This document shows positions 8,952 to 17,783 of a stretch of 32,014 bases of DNA, piece after piece. Source of the stretch: Anaerolineae bacterium (GTDB taxonomy: Bacteria > Chloroflexota > Anaerolineae > Anaerolineales > RBG-16-64-43). Location: NCBI GenBank assembly GCA_041479415.1, contig JBGOXY010000003.1, positions 1 through 32,014 of the forward strand. The letters run 5' to 3'. Numbering within the stretch: position 1 is the first letter of the stretch; each line of letters opens with the position of its first letter. Below the pieces are notes generated by a model. That model saw nothing but the letters and a program-made list of their open reading frames with translations, did no database searches and was not told where the DNA came from. A program made the position numbers and the translations under genes.

Positions 8952-9605
8952 TTACAGATAGTCCTTGAGGTTGTGGGCCACGGCATACGCCGCCGCCTCG
9001 GCGCGATTGGCCACACTGAGCTTCGAGAGGATGCTCGAGACGTAGTTGCGTACCGTGCCCTCGCCGAGGAAGAGTGCCTGCGCGATTTCACGGTTGGTCT
9101 TGCCTTCTGCAACAAGCTGCAGCACATGCATTTCCTGCTGGGTCAGCTCGGCAAAGGCGGAGGCCTCTTCTTCGCGCGCCACTTTGCGCATCTCGGCAAA
9201 GACGCGTTTGGTCACCGCCGGGTCGAGCAGCGCTTCGCCCCGCCCCACCGCTTCGATCGCGCGCACCAGGTCCTGCGCGCCGATTTGTTTGAGCACGTAG
9301 CCGGCCGCGCCGGCGCGGATGGCCGAGAAGAGCATCTCGTCCTCGGCATACGAGGTGAGCATGATGACTCTGGTCTCGGGTAGAGCCTGGGTAATCTCCT
9401 GGCAGGCCTCAATGCCTGAACCGCCTGGCAGGCGGATATCCATTACCACCACGTCGGGTTTGTAGGCCAGGCACTTCTCAACGGCTTCGCGAGCTGTGCT
9501 GGCTTCGGCCACCACTTCAAAACCGTGATGGCGCTCGAGCAGCGACTTGAGACCCAGCCGCACCACTTCATGATCGTCGACCAATAAGAGTCTCTGATGG
9601 GGCAT
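8952..9605 (-). CDS. NarL/FixJ-family response regulator (REC + LuxR HTH)
   Basis: [18 protein letters not shown] (phospho-Asp), [35 protein letters not shown]. Confidence 0.95.
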   Translation of the reverse strand: MPHQRLLLVDDHEVVRLGLKSLLERHHGFEVVAEASTAREAVEKCLAYKPDVVVMDIRLPGGSGIEACQEITQALPETRVIMLTSYAEDEMLFSAIRAGAAGYVLKQIGAQDLVRAIEAVGRGEALLDPAVTKRVFAEMRKVAREEEASAFAELTQQEMHVLQLVAEGKTNREIAQALFLGEGTVRNYVSSILSKLSVANRAEAAAYAVAHNLKDYL

Positions 9606-9608
9606 GCG

Positions 9609-10175
9609 TTATCCTTGTTCGCCGCGCGGCCCGGCATCCAGCGCCCGGCGCGCCGCGTCGAGTATGGCGTCGTACTCGGGTTCGTCCCCGAGTTTGGCCG
9701 TGTAGGCCGCGTACACAATCCGATCGTGGCGGTCCACGACGAAGGTCGCGCGGCGTAAGATGCGGCGCTCCTTGATCAGGCATCCGTAGCGCAATCCGAA
9801 TTCCGCCGTCATGTGGTCCGAGAGCGTGGTCACTTGGTCCACACCCGCCGAGCCGCACCAGCGCTTCTGGGCGTAGGGCAGATCGGTGGAGACGACCAGG
9901 ATGTGCACGTCCAGGCCGAGTTCGGCCGCCCACTTGTTGAAGGTGCGCGTCTCCACGTCGCACACCGGCGTGTCGAGCGATGGCACGGCGGCGATGATGC
10001 GCACCATCCCGCGGGTGGCCGCGAGTGCGGGCAGCCATTGCCACTCCTGGGTGTGTGCGCTGAACTCGGGCGCGCGGTCGCCGGGATGTAGATCCGCCCC
10101 GACGACCGTTGCGGGTTGGCCGCCGACCTGTATCAGGCCGGCGCGTTCGATGGGTGCAGAAGAGTCGTTGGTCAT
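9609..10175 (-). CDS. tpx: Thiol peroxidase (atypical 2-Cys peroxiredoxin)
   Basis: VPSLDTPVC (peroxidatic Cys), STDLPYAQKRWC (resolving Cys), LRRATFVVD, EPEYD. Confidence 0.93.
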   Translation of the reverse strand: MTNDSSAPIERAGLIQVGGQPATVVGADLHPGDRAPEFSAHTQEWQWLPALAATRGMVRIIAAVPSLDTPVCDVETRTFNKWAAELGLDVHILVVSTDLPYAQKRWCGSAGVDQVTTLSDHMTAEFGLRYGCLIKERRILRRATFVVDRHDRIVYAAYTAKLGDEPEYDAILDAARRALDAGPRGEQG

Positions 10176-10194
10176 GTGGCTATCACGGCTGATA

Positions 10195-10245
10195 AGGATA
10201 ATTCAAGTGACATTGGTTGACAAGCCCATATCGCTCTGTTACACT
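10195..10245. promoter_or_regulatory. Back-to-back overlapping promoters for dgt (+) and tpx (-)
   Basis: Plus: TTGACA(10217)-N17-TACACT(10240) with extended TG; minus: TTGTCA(10223-10218)-N17-TATCCT(10200-10195). Confidence 0.6.
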
Positions 10246-10268
10246 CGCGCCACCCCGGAGGATTTTCA

Positions 10269-11420
10269 ATGCTGGTCACTCGCCAGGACCTCGAAACCGC
10301 CGAACTGCGGACGCTGGCTCCCTACGCGTGCCTGAGCAAAACCTCGCGCGGCCGGGAGGTTGCGGAGGACGAACCCGAGTTCCGCACCGCCTTTATGCGC
10401 GACCGGGACCGGGTTCTCCACACCACGGCCTTTCGCCGCCTGGAATACAAGACCCAGGTCTTCATCACCTACGAGGGCGATTACTACCGCACACGCCTGA
10501 CACACACGCTGGAAGTCGCTCAGATCGGGCGCAGCCTGGCGCGCACGTTGGGTGCCAACGAGGACCTGGTGGAGGCCATTTGCCTCGCGCATGACCTGGG
10601 CCACCCGCCGTTCGGACATTCGGGCGAGGTGGCGCTGGCCAAACTTATGGAGGGGCACGGCGGGTTCGACCACAATCGGCAGTCGTTCCGCATCGTGACC
10701 ACGCTCGAAAAGCGCTATCCGGATTTTGCCGGGCTCAACCTGACGTGGGAAACGCGCGAAGGCATGGTCAAACACGAGACAGAGTACGACGTTGCGGATG
10801 CGGCCGGCTTCGAGCCCGACAAGCGCGGGCACCTCGAGGCCCAGATCACCAACCTGGCGGATGAACTTGCTTATACGGCGCACGACCTGGATGACGGCCT
10901 GCGTTCACAGCTCATCTCGGCCGAGGATTTGGCCGGCCAGGCGGCCTGGGAGATGTTGCGTGAGAGCATCGGCTGGCAGACCGGCGCGCTGGACGAACTG
11001 ACGCGCCACCGCCTGATCCGTCGCTTTATCGGGCTGGCTGTGCGCGACGCGAGCCGTGCCACCGACGCGCGCCTGCGAGAAGGCAAGGTGCGCTCGCGGG
11101 ATGACTTGCAGCGCTTGCCGCACAACGTCATCGGGTTCTCGGACGGGATGGGTAAATCCATCCGCGAGTTGAAGGGCTTCTTGTACGCCAACATGTACCG
11201 CCATTACCGCGTCGTGCGCATGGCGGTGAAAGCGGAACGCTTCATCGCGGACCTGTTCTTAGCTTACATTGCCGACCCGGAGATTTTGCCCGCGCCCGTC
11301 CAGGCCCGCGCGCAGCAGGAGGGTGCGCAGCGCGTAGTGTGCGATTACATCGCCGGGATGACGGACCGCTTCGCCCTCGAAGAACACGAGAAACTGTTCA
11401 ACCCGAACACGTTGCCTTAG
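10269..11420 (+). CDS. dgt: Deoxyguanosinetriphosphate triphosphohydrolase (HD domain)
   Basis: RDRDRVLH..AFRRL.YKTQV, RTRLTHTLEV, HDLGHPPFGH.GE, DYIAGMTD. Confidence 0.95.
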   Translation: MLVTRQDLETAELRTLAPYACLSKTSRGREVAEDEPEFRTAFMRDRDRVLHTTAFRRLEYKTQVFITYEGDYYRTRLTHTLEVAQIGRSLARTLGANEDLVEAICLAHDLGHPPFGHSGEVALAKLMEGHGGFDHNRQSFRIVTTLEKRYPDFAGLNLTWETREGMVKHETEYDVADAAGFEPDKRGHLEAQITNLADELAYTAHDLDDGLRSQLISAEDLAGQAAWEMLRESIGWQTGALDELTRHRLIRRFIGLAVRDASRATDARLREGKVRSRDDLQRLPHNVIGFSDGMGKSIRELKGFLYANMYRHYRVVRMAVKAERFIADLFLAYIADPEILPAPVQARAQQEGAQRVVCDYIAGMTDRFALEEHEKLFNPNTLP

Positions 11421-11449
11421 CCTGCCAAGGGAGCAGGTCCTAGAGCCGC

Positions 11450-11917
11450 ATGCCGGAACCGAAACTGCTCACGCCGCAAGGCGCCAGCCGTCTGCGCGCA
11501 GAGCTCGCAGAGCTCACGGGACGCGAGCGGCTCAAGCTGGCCGAACGCCTGCGCGCCGCGATTCAGCAGGGCGATCTTTCGGAGAACGCGGATTACACCG
11601 CGGCCAAGGAGGCCCAGGGCTTCCTCGAGGGTCGCATTCTCGAATTGGACGCGTTGTTGCGGCATGCGACGATCGTCGAGCCCGGGCAGGCGCCGTACGG
11701 CGAAGTCGCTCTCGGCTCGCGGGTGACGGTGGCGGTGGAGGGAGATGCGCCCGAGGTGTTTGTCCTGGTGGGCAGCACGGAGGCCGACACGCGGCAAGGA
11801 CGTATCTCGCACGAGTCCCCATTCGGGCGTGCGCTGATGGGCCATCGCGCGGGCGAGCGGGTCACGGCGGACACACCCGCGGGACCGCAAACGCTGACGA
11901 TCATCAGCATTGAGTAG
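11450..11917 (+). CDS. greA: Transcription elongation factor GreA
   Basis: GDLSENADY with both catalytic acidic residues; IS.ESP.GRAL.G. Confidence 0.95.
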   Translation: MPEPKLLTPQGASRLRAELAELTGRERLKLAERLRAAIQQGDLSENADYTAAKEAQGFLEGRILELDALLRHATIVEPGQAPYGEVALGSRVTVAVEGDAPEVFVLVGSTEADTRQGRISHESPFGRALMGHRAGERVTADTPAGPQTLTIISIE

Positions 11918-11949
11918 TCGCCGCTAACGGGTTGCGGAAGACCAACCTA

Positions 11950-12076
11950 CCTCACCCCCAGCCCCCTCTCCGCCGAGACGGTTTTCTCGGCAGGATGGGA
12001 GTCGGGCGGAGAGGGGGGTGAGGAAATCACTTCGAGGCTCTGACTCGCCGGGGGAGGGATAAGGGGTGGGGGTGGG
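11950..12076. repeat. CCTCACCCC..CCCCTCTCC-type palindromic intergenic repeat
   Basis: CCCCCTCTCCGCC (11962-11974) pairs with GGCGGAGAGGGGG (12005-12017); CCTCACCCC/GGGGTGAGG outer arms; followed by G-rich half GGGGAGGGATAAGGGGTGGGGG. Confidence 0.65.
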
Positions 12077-12120
12077 GCCCGGCCGCCCGTTTCACGCAAG
12101 CTCCTCGGAATGATGAAACT

Positions 12121-12150
12121 AACGAGCCGCCCCAAGGGGCGGCTCGTTTT
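12121..12150. terminator. Intrinsic terminator between convergent greA and membrane-protein gene
   Basis: AACGAGCCGCCCC-AA-GGGGCGGCTCGTT, perfect 13-bp arms, ending in TTTT. Confidence 0.75.
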
Positions 12151-12170
12151 CCTCATTCGGCATGGGCATG

Positions 12171-13247
12171 TTACGACTTCGCCCACACCTCCAGTTGCAG
12201 CGTCATCCGATCAAAGAACGAGTTGGCCGGCAGCGCCCCGCGGCCGTATTGCACCTCACGCACCTGGACGTGCGTCTTCAGGGTTTGCGTCTCCATCCAG
12301 AAGTCCGTGCCGGCCAGCGCCTCCAATTGCGTACCGCGCGGCGCCAGGCGTGAGCGAACATCGTCGCGGTGCATTGCGTAATCACTCATCATCACATAGG
12401 TCGAGGTGCGTGTGTCGCGCTTGTCGAACAGCCACACCTCGAAGGCCGTCACCTTCTTGGGTTCGCCCACGCCGACCTGTTCGGAAATCCCTACCCCGCA
12501 TTCGCCCAGGAACTCACCCGCCGGTGAGTTGATGGTGAAGCTGTCTTCGTACAGGTCATCCCCCAAAACATAAGTCGTCACAAAGCGTTCGAGCGGGCCT
12601 GTTCCGCTCAAGGCAGCGGTGTCCGGCGCGCCCGCGGCCAGTGGTGCTGTACCGGGCGCGGGGGGTGCTCCCGCCGGCCTTTCTCCCGAAGCAGCCTGAG
12701 CCTCGGGGGGGTGCTGCCCTTCGTCCAGTTGTGCGCCAGCCGCCGTGCTGCGCCGCCGGCGCAGGACGAGCACCAGCACGCCTCCCAGGACCAGAGTGAC
12801 CAGACACAGACCAAGGAAGACGAGAACCAGAGAGCGCGTAGCACCCAACAGCGAGGTGCCCGGCGCCGGAGTCCCGCCTGGCGGCGGTGTGACTTTGCCC
12901 CCTCCCGTTGGAATGATGTCGCTGACGACTGACAGGTATTGGCTGACGCGGCCCTGGTCTACCGACGGATCGCGCTGCAAGAGACCCAGGGTCTCGGCGC
13001 CGCTCGATCCGAGGGCGGCAAAGCGCTGGCGTGCGGTATTGGCGTCGCCGGTCACGGCGAACGAATCGACCGCGGCCCGCAGATAATCGATGCGCAGATC
13101 CGCACGCAACTCCGCCGGCGTGGCATCGATGAAATCCACCGGCCACACCCACCAGCCTAAGACAAGCAAGCCCAGGATCAGCCCGGCCAGGAACGCCTCC
13201 CCAGCGATAATCCAAGGGTTGCGCAGCCGATCGCGTATTGATTGCAT
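12171..13247 (-). CDS. Hypothetical membrane protein (two TM segments, Pro-rich linkers, C-terminal beta domain)
   Basis: RBS GAGAGGAG; TM1 AFLAGLILGLLVLGWWVWP, TM2 LVLVFLGLCLVTLVLGGVLVLVL followed by RRRR; globular C-terminal domain FVTTYVLGDDLYEDSF...GEFLGECGVGISE. Confidence 0.8.
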   Translation of the reverse strand: MQSIRDRLRNPWIIAGEAFLAGLILGLLVLGWWVWPVDFIDATPAELRADLRIDYLRAAVDSFAVTGDANTARQRFAALGSSGAETLGLLQRDPSVDQGRVSQYLSVVSDIIPTGGGKVTPPPGGTPAPGTSLLGATRSLVLVFLGLCLVTLVLGGVLVLVLRRRRSTAAGAQLDEGQHPPEAQAASGERPAGAPPAPGTAPLAAGAPDTAALSGTGPLERFVTTYVLGDDLYEDSFTINSPAGEFLGECGVGISEQVGVGEPKKVTAFEVWLFDKRDTRTSTYVMMSDYAMHRDDVRSRLAPRGTQLEALAGTDFWMETQTLKTHVQVREVQYGRGALPANSFFDRMTLQLEVWAKS

Positions 13248-13325
13248 GGCTCGCCTGCTCCTCTCTTATTGCTTCGGCCAGGGCCCCGAGCGCCGGGGCC
13301 ACCTGCGCTGCCCCTCAGGTGCGCG

Positions 13326-13769
13326 CTACGGCTCGCCCTGCCACCCGTAGCTATCGAACCAGCGCCCTGCGCGGAAGTTCTCAGTGCCGCGCCTCACATA
13401 CGGCACGGTGTCGCTTGGAAGGTCGATCAGCGAAAACCATCCCGTCTCACTGCACCGGCTGGGCTCGGCATTGTGTGGCTCGCCCTGCCAGTGCTCTGCC
13501 GCCAGGAAGAAGTCGATGCGCTCGGTGTTCGACTTGCGGTGCATCACGCCGACCACGCGCACGTCTTCAGGCGCGAGGTTGACGCCGGCTTCCTCAGCCA
13601 CTTCGCGCACCGCCGCGGCGATGACCTGTTCGTTTCCGTCCAAATGTCCGGCCGGGACGCTGAACAAACCGTCGCCCCAACCGGTGTTCGCCCGGCGGAG
13701 CAAGAAGATCTCTCCTTCGCGCAGCAGGAACACGTGAACCGCGGAGATCAGACGGAACCGATCGGGCAT
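13326..13769 (-). CDS. NUDIX hydrolase
   Basis: Nudix box GHLDGNEQVIAAAVREVAEEAGV; start MPDRFRL after purine-rich GGAAAGGG; upstream TACAAT. Confidence 0.9.
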   Translation of the reverse strand: MPDRFRLISAVHVFLLREGEIFLLRRANTGWGDGLFSVPAGHLDGNEQVIAAAVREVAEEAGVNLAPEDVRVVGVMHRKSNTERIDFFLAAEHWQGEPHNAEPSRCSETGWFSLIDLPSDTVPYVRRGTENFRAGRWFDSYGWQGEP

Positions 13770-13860
13770 GCCCTTTCCGACAGCCGGCAGCATCGAGATG
13801 ATTGTACTCAGTCGGCCGCGGGGCGACAACCTGCCGTGGCGGAGATGCCCAAGGTGAACT

Positions 13861-14168
13861 GAGGGCGCATGGCGCCCAAGGAATCTCAGTGCGCGATCGC
13901 CCTGCCTGTCATTGCGAGGAGGGCGCGCCCGACGAAGCAATCTTGAAGCCTTCCCGACCTGCGAGCCGCTGGTTGAGCACCTGTTGCTCCAAGTTTGCCT
14001 GGGCGCCTCACCCCGCTACGCGGGGCAAGGCTTCTCGCAATAATAGGAGGGGTCCTCTTCGTCATTCCGAGGGGCAAAGCCCCGAGGAATCCCGGCCTGC
14101 GATCGCAAGAGGGGTTCCCACTGCAAGCGAGCCGCCACACAAAGGGGCACGCCATGGCGTGCCCCAAC
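13861..14168. repeat. Cluster of REP-like palindromes between topA and NUDIX
   Basis: GAGGGCGCATGGCGCCCAAGGAATCT (13861), TGTCATTGCGAGGAGGGCGCGCCCGACGAAGCAATCT (13907-13943), GTCATTCCGAGGGGCAAAGCCCCGAGGAATC (14061-14091), GGGGCACGCCATGGCGTGCCCC (14144-14165). Confidence 0.85.
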
Positions 14169-14210
14169 ACCGACCGCGATCCTTGACCCAGGAACTGCCC
14201 TCTCCCCCCG

Positions 14211-16568
14211 TCATCCCTCGGGCGCGGCTTGCTGCAATTCTTCAAGCTTCACTTCGGTGCCGCACTTCGTGCATTGCGCCGTCTGACGATTGGCCTGGAC
14301 CAGCAACCCACCGCATGTGGGGCAGGGCTGGGCCAGCGGCCTCTTCCAACTGGTAAAGTCGCAGGCCGGGTAGTTGGCGCAGCCATAAAAGGTCCGTCCC
14401 TTGCGCGTCTTGCGCGCGACGATCTCCCCGCCGTCATTCGGGCAGCGCACGCCGATCTTCTCCAGCCAGGGTTCGATGTAGCGGCAGGTGGGGAAGTTCG
14501 AGCACCCGATGAACTTGCCGTAACGTCCCCACCGGATGACCAGCGGCTTGCCGCACTGCGGGCAGTCGCGCCCGGCCAGCTCCGGCCCGCCGTTGACTAC
14601 GGGCATCTCCGCTTCGGCCGCCGAAATGCGTGCGCTGAACGGAACATAAAACTCGCGCAGCGATTGCACCCAGTCGGCCTCGCCGTCGGCGATCATGTCC
14701 AGGCGGTCTTCCATTAGCGCCGTGAAGCCAAGGTCCATCACCTCCGGGAAATGTTCGACCAGCAAGTCGTTGACCGTCATGCCGGTGTCGGTCGGCACCA
14801 AGCGCTTCTCTTCCTTGGTCACGTAGCCGCGGGCCTGGATAGTGGAGAGAATCGGGGCATAGGTTGAGGGGCGGCCAATCCCGTTCTCTTCGAGGGCCTT
14901 GACCAGCGCGGCCTCGGTGAAGCGTGGCGGGGGCGTGGTGAAATGCTGCTCGGGCAGCAGTTGCAGCAGGCGTAGCAGGTCGCCATCTTCCAACGATGGC
15001 AAGTTGGGGAATTCCGGCTCCTGGTCGCCGTTCACGTCCTCGTCGCGCACTTCCTCGTATACCATCTGATAGCCGCGGAAGCGCAGCGTCGCGCCCGAGG
15101 CGCGCAACAGGTATTGGTGTTCCGCCTGGGCCTCGATCTCAATCGTCAGCGTGTCGTACACCGCCGGCGCCATCTGGGAGGCCACAAATCGCTGCCAGAT
15201 GAGCGTGTACAGGCGCATCTGCTCACGGCTGAGATACTCGTGCAGGCTCTGCGGGTCACGCCGAACGGCCGTGGGTCGGATGGCCTCGTGCGCCTCCTGC
15301 GCGTTGCGCGAGCGGGTGCGGTACTGCGGGGCTTGCGCCGGCAGCATCTCGCCGCCATAGCGCTGGCGGATGTACTCGCGCGCCTCCTCCTGAGCCGAAG
15401 CCGCCACCTGCATCGAGTCGGTGCGCATGTAGGTGATGAGACCCACCGAACCCTGCTCCCCCAGCTCGATGCCTTCGTACAATTGCTGGGCAATGGCCAT
15501 GGTGCGTTTGGGGGCATACCCCAGCCGGCGCGAGGCCTCTTGCTGGAGAGTGGACGTCGTGAAGGGGGCCGAGGGATTGCGCCGCCGCTCGCCGCGCTTG
15601 ACGTGCGCTACGCGGTAGGCGGCCCGTTCCAGGTCCTTGAGCAGCGGGTCCACCGCCTCGCGCGAAGCCAGGCTGGGTTCTTTGTCGTCCACCCGCACCA
15701 ACCGCGCGCGGAACTGCTTTCCGGTCTCCGCATCGCGCACGAGTTCTGCTTCGACCGTCCAGTATTCCTGAGGCACGAAAGCCAGGATTTCGCGCTCACG
15801 CTCGACGACCAGCCGCAGCGCCACCGACTGCACGCGCCCCGCGGAGAGGCGGCTGCGGACCTTCGCCCACAGGAGCGGGCTGAGCGAGTAGCCTACCAGG
15901 CGGTCGAGGATGCGCCGAGTCTGCTGCGCATTGACCAAGTTCATGTCGATCTCGCGCGGGTGGCCGAAGGCCTCGTGGATGGCGCTCTCGGTGATCTCAT
16001 GGAACACAACGCGCCGCGTGGCTGCCGGGTCGAGTTCCGCCGCTTCCACCAGGTGCCAGGCAATGGCTTCGCCCTCGCGGTCGGGGTCGGTGGCGAGGAA
16101 TATCCCTTCCGCTTTGGCCGCCATGTCACGCAGCTCTTTCACCACCAGCCGCTTCTCATTGGGCACGCGGTACTTAGGCGTGAACCCATTCGCCACGTCC
16201 ACCGAGAGCTGCGACCGCAACAGGTCGCGCACGTGCCCCACCGAGGCGCGCACCGTGTATCCCTTGCCCAAGAAGCGCCCGACGGTTTTCGCCTTGGCCG
16301 GCGATTCGACGATCACCAGTTTGCCTGCGCGGTGCCCGTTACCGCCCGCGGCGGCGCCTGCGCCATTGCCGCGCTTGCGGCGCGGTGCGGCAGGCTTGGG
16401 CTCAGGTTTCGGCATCCCCTCGTGGGCTTCGGTGCGTCCCATCTTGTTCAGCCCGCTGCCGCATACCGGGCACGTGCCGCGCGTGGCGGCACTGCCGTTG
16501 GAGAAGAACACTGGCTGCGGATCGACCAGATCGCGTTTGGTCTTGCACTTGAGACAGTAGGCTTCCAT
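14211..16568 (-). CDS. topA: DNA topoisomerase I with extra N-terminal zinc ribbon (DUF5679-like) and C-terminal C4 zinc fingers
   Basis: LVIVESPAKAK, ATDPDREGE, SAGRVQS, LITYMRTDS (catalytic Tyr), QEAHEAIRPT, GIGRPSTY; start ATG 16568 or GTG 16571. Confidence 0.97.
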   Translation of the reverse strand: MEAYCLKCKTKRDLVDPQPVFFSNGSAATRGTCPVCGSGLNKMGRTEAHEGMPKPEPKPAAPRRKRGNGAGAAAGGNGHRAGKLVIVESPAKAKTVGRFLGKGYTVRASVGHVRDLLRSQLSVDVANGFTPKYRVPNEKRLVVKELRDMAAKAEGIFLATDPDREGEAIAWHLVEAAELDPAATRRVVFHEITESAIHEAFGHPREIDMNLVNAQQTRRILDRLVGYSLSPLLWAKVRSRLSAGRVQSVALRLVVEREREILAFVPQEYWTVEAELVRDAETGKQFRARLVRVDDKEPSLASREAVDPLLKDLERAAYRVAHVKRGERRRNPSAPFTTSTLQQEASRRLGYAPKRTMAIAQQLYEGIELGEQGSVGLITYMRTDSMQVAASAQEEAREYIRQRYGGEMLPAQAPQYRTRSRNAQEAHEAIRPTAVRRDPQSLHEYLSREQMRLYTLIWQRFVASQMAPAVYDTLTIEIEAQAEHQYLLRASGATLRFRGYQMVYEEVRDEDVNGDQEPEFPNLPSLEDGDLLRLLQLLPEQHFTTPPPRFTEAALVKALEENGIGRPSTYAPILSTIQARGYVTKEEKRLVPTDTGMTVNDLLVEHFPEVMDLGFTALMEDRLDMIADGEADWVQSLREFYVPFSARISAAEAEMPVVNGGPELAGRDCPQCGKPLVIRWGRYGKFIGCSNFPTCRYIEPWLEKIGVRCPNDGGEIVARKTRKGRTFYGCANYPACDFTSWKRPLAQPCPTCGGLLVQANRQTAQCTKCGTEVKLEELQQAAPEG

Positions 16569-16618
16569 CACACCTCAACAATGAGCGGCGCACCCAGCCA
16601 TCGGCTGGGCGCGCAGGG

Positions 16619-17716
16619 CTAGAGATAATTGCGCGTGCCGCGTTTCTCCGCCAACTCGCGTACCAGGCGGCGTACGTCTTGGGATGCCCCTCGCCCGCAC
16701 ACCAGCAGTGCGTCGCCGGTGTCGACGATGACGACATCCTTCATTCCGATCGTGGCAATCAGCTTCCCTTCCACCCCGTCCGCTATCACCTCAACTCCCG
16801 AGGAGTCGATGGCCACGTGTCGCGCCCCAGGTTTGCCGCGCAAGCGAGGTTGGCGGACATATATGTCGAGCAGCGACTCCCACGTCCCCACGTCGGCCCA
16901 ACCCAGCCCGGAGGCCGAGATCACCAGAACATCCCACGCGCCCTCCATCACGGCATAGTCAATCGATTGCCGTGGGATTCTCTTCCACAGTCGTGCCAGC
17001 CCCGCCCGCGAGCCGCGGCGACCCAACCGTGCGGCAAGGCCGTCCAGAGCCTCCGCCAGTGCCGGCACCTGACGCGAGAATTCCTGGCGTATGCGCTCGG
17101 TGGTCCACACGAACATGCCCGAGTTCCACAAATGCCGTCCGTCGGCCACAAACCGCTCGGCCATCTCCTTATCGGGCTTTTCTTTGAAGGCTACAACCCG
17201 GTGGGCTGTCATCCCGCCGAATTCACCCGCCGGCTCCCCGCGTTCGATGTAGCCAAACCCTGTCACTGGAGCGGTGGGGTCGATTCCCAGCGTAACCAGA
17301 TGGCCGGCCGCCGCCGCGCGGTAGGCGGCCTGGAGCACCTCGCGGAAGCGCGCCTCATCTTGAATGAAGTGATCCGCTGTCAGGCAGGCCATGGCGGCCG
17401 GTCCGCCGCGCTGCCCTATCTCCGCCAGCGCCAGGGCGATGGCCGGCGCGGTGTTGCGCGGCTCCGGCTCAATCAGGAAATTCTCCCGCGGCAGGCGCGG
17501 CGTCTCGCGCCGCAGCCGGCTCGCTAGCCCGGCATGACAAACTACCAGCGTGTGCTCCGCATCGAACAGCGGCCGCAGGCGATCCACCGCGACGCGGAAC
17601 AGGCTGCGCCCGCCCAAGAGCGGCAAGAGTTGCTTGGGTCGGCTCAAGCGCGAAAGTGGCCAGAGGCGAGTGCCACCACCTCCGGCCATGATGACGGCGT
17701 AGTATGGAAGGCTCAT
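16619..17716 (-). CDS. manC: Mannose-1-phosphate guanylyltransferase
   Basis: AGGGGTRLWPLSR..PKQ, EPEPRNTAPA, ADH, FKEKP, WNSGMF, SIDYAVME, W.DVG.W. Confidence 0.9.
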   Translation of the reverse strand: MSLPYYAVIMAGGGGTRLWPLSRLSRPKQLLPLLGGRSLFRVAVDRLRPLFDAEHTLVVCHAGLASRLRRETPRLPRENFLIEPEPRNTAPAIALALAEIGQRGGPAAMACLTADHFIQDEARFREVLQAAYRAAAAGHLVTLGIDPTAPVTGFGYIERGEPAGEFGGMTAHRVVAFKEKPDKEMAERFVADGRHLWNSGMFVWTTERIRQEFSRQVPALAEALDGLAARLGRRGSRAGLARLWKRIPRQSIDYAVMEGAWDVLVISASGLGWADVGTWESLLDIYVRQPRLRGKPGARHVAIDSSGVEVIADGVEGKLIATIGMKDVVIVDTGDALLVCGRGASQDVRRLVRELAEKRGTRNYL

Positions 17717-17783
17717 TGTGGTCGTGCTCCGTCCCGTCCTCGCTCTGCGGGCCTCGCGCCCATTCCCCTGGTGCCCGTGCGTC

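Noticed and set aside
13770-13940. N-terminal extension of the NUDIX ORF
   Set aside because: Translates repeat sequence; a better start with RBS is at 13769
15114-16622. Long antisense ORFs (also 1620-2912, 21192-22505, 24088-25227)
   Set aside because: Mirror frames of real high-GC genes, with no motifs or RBS
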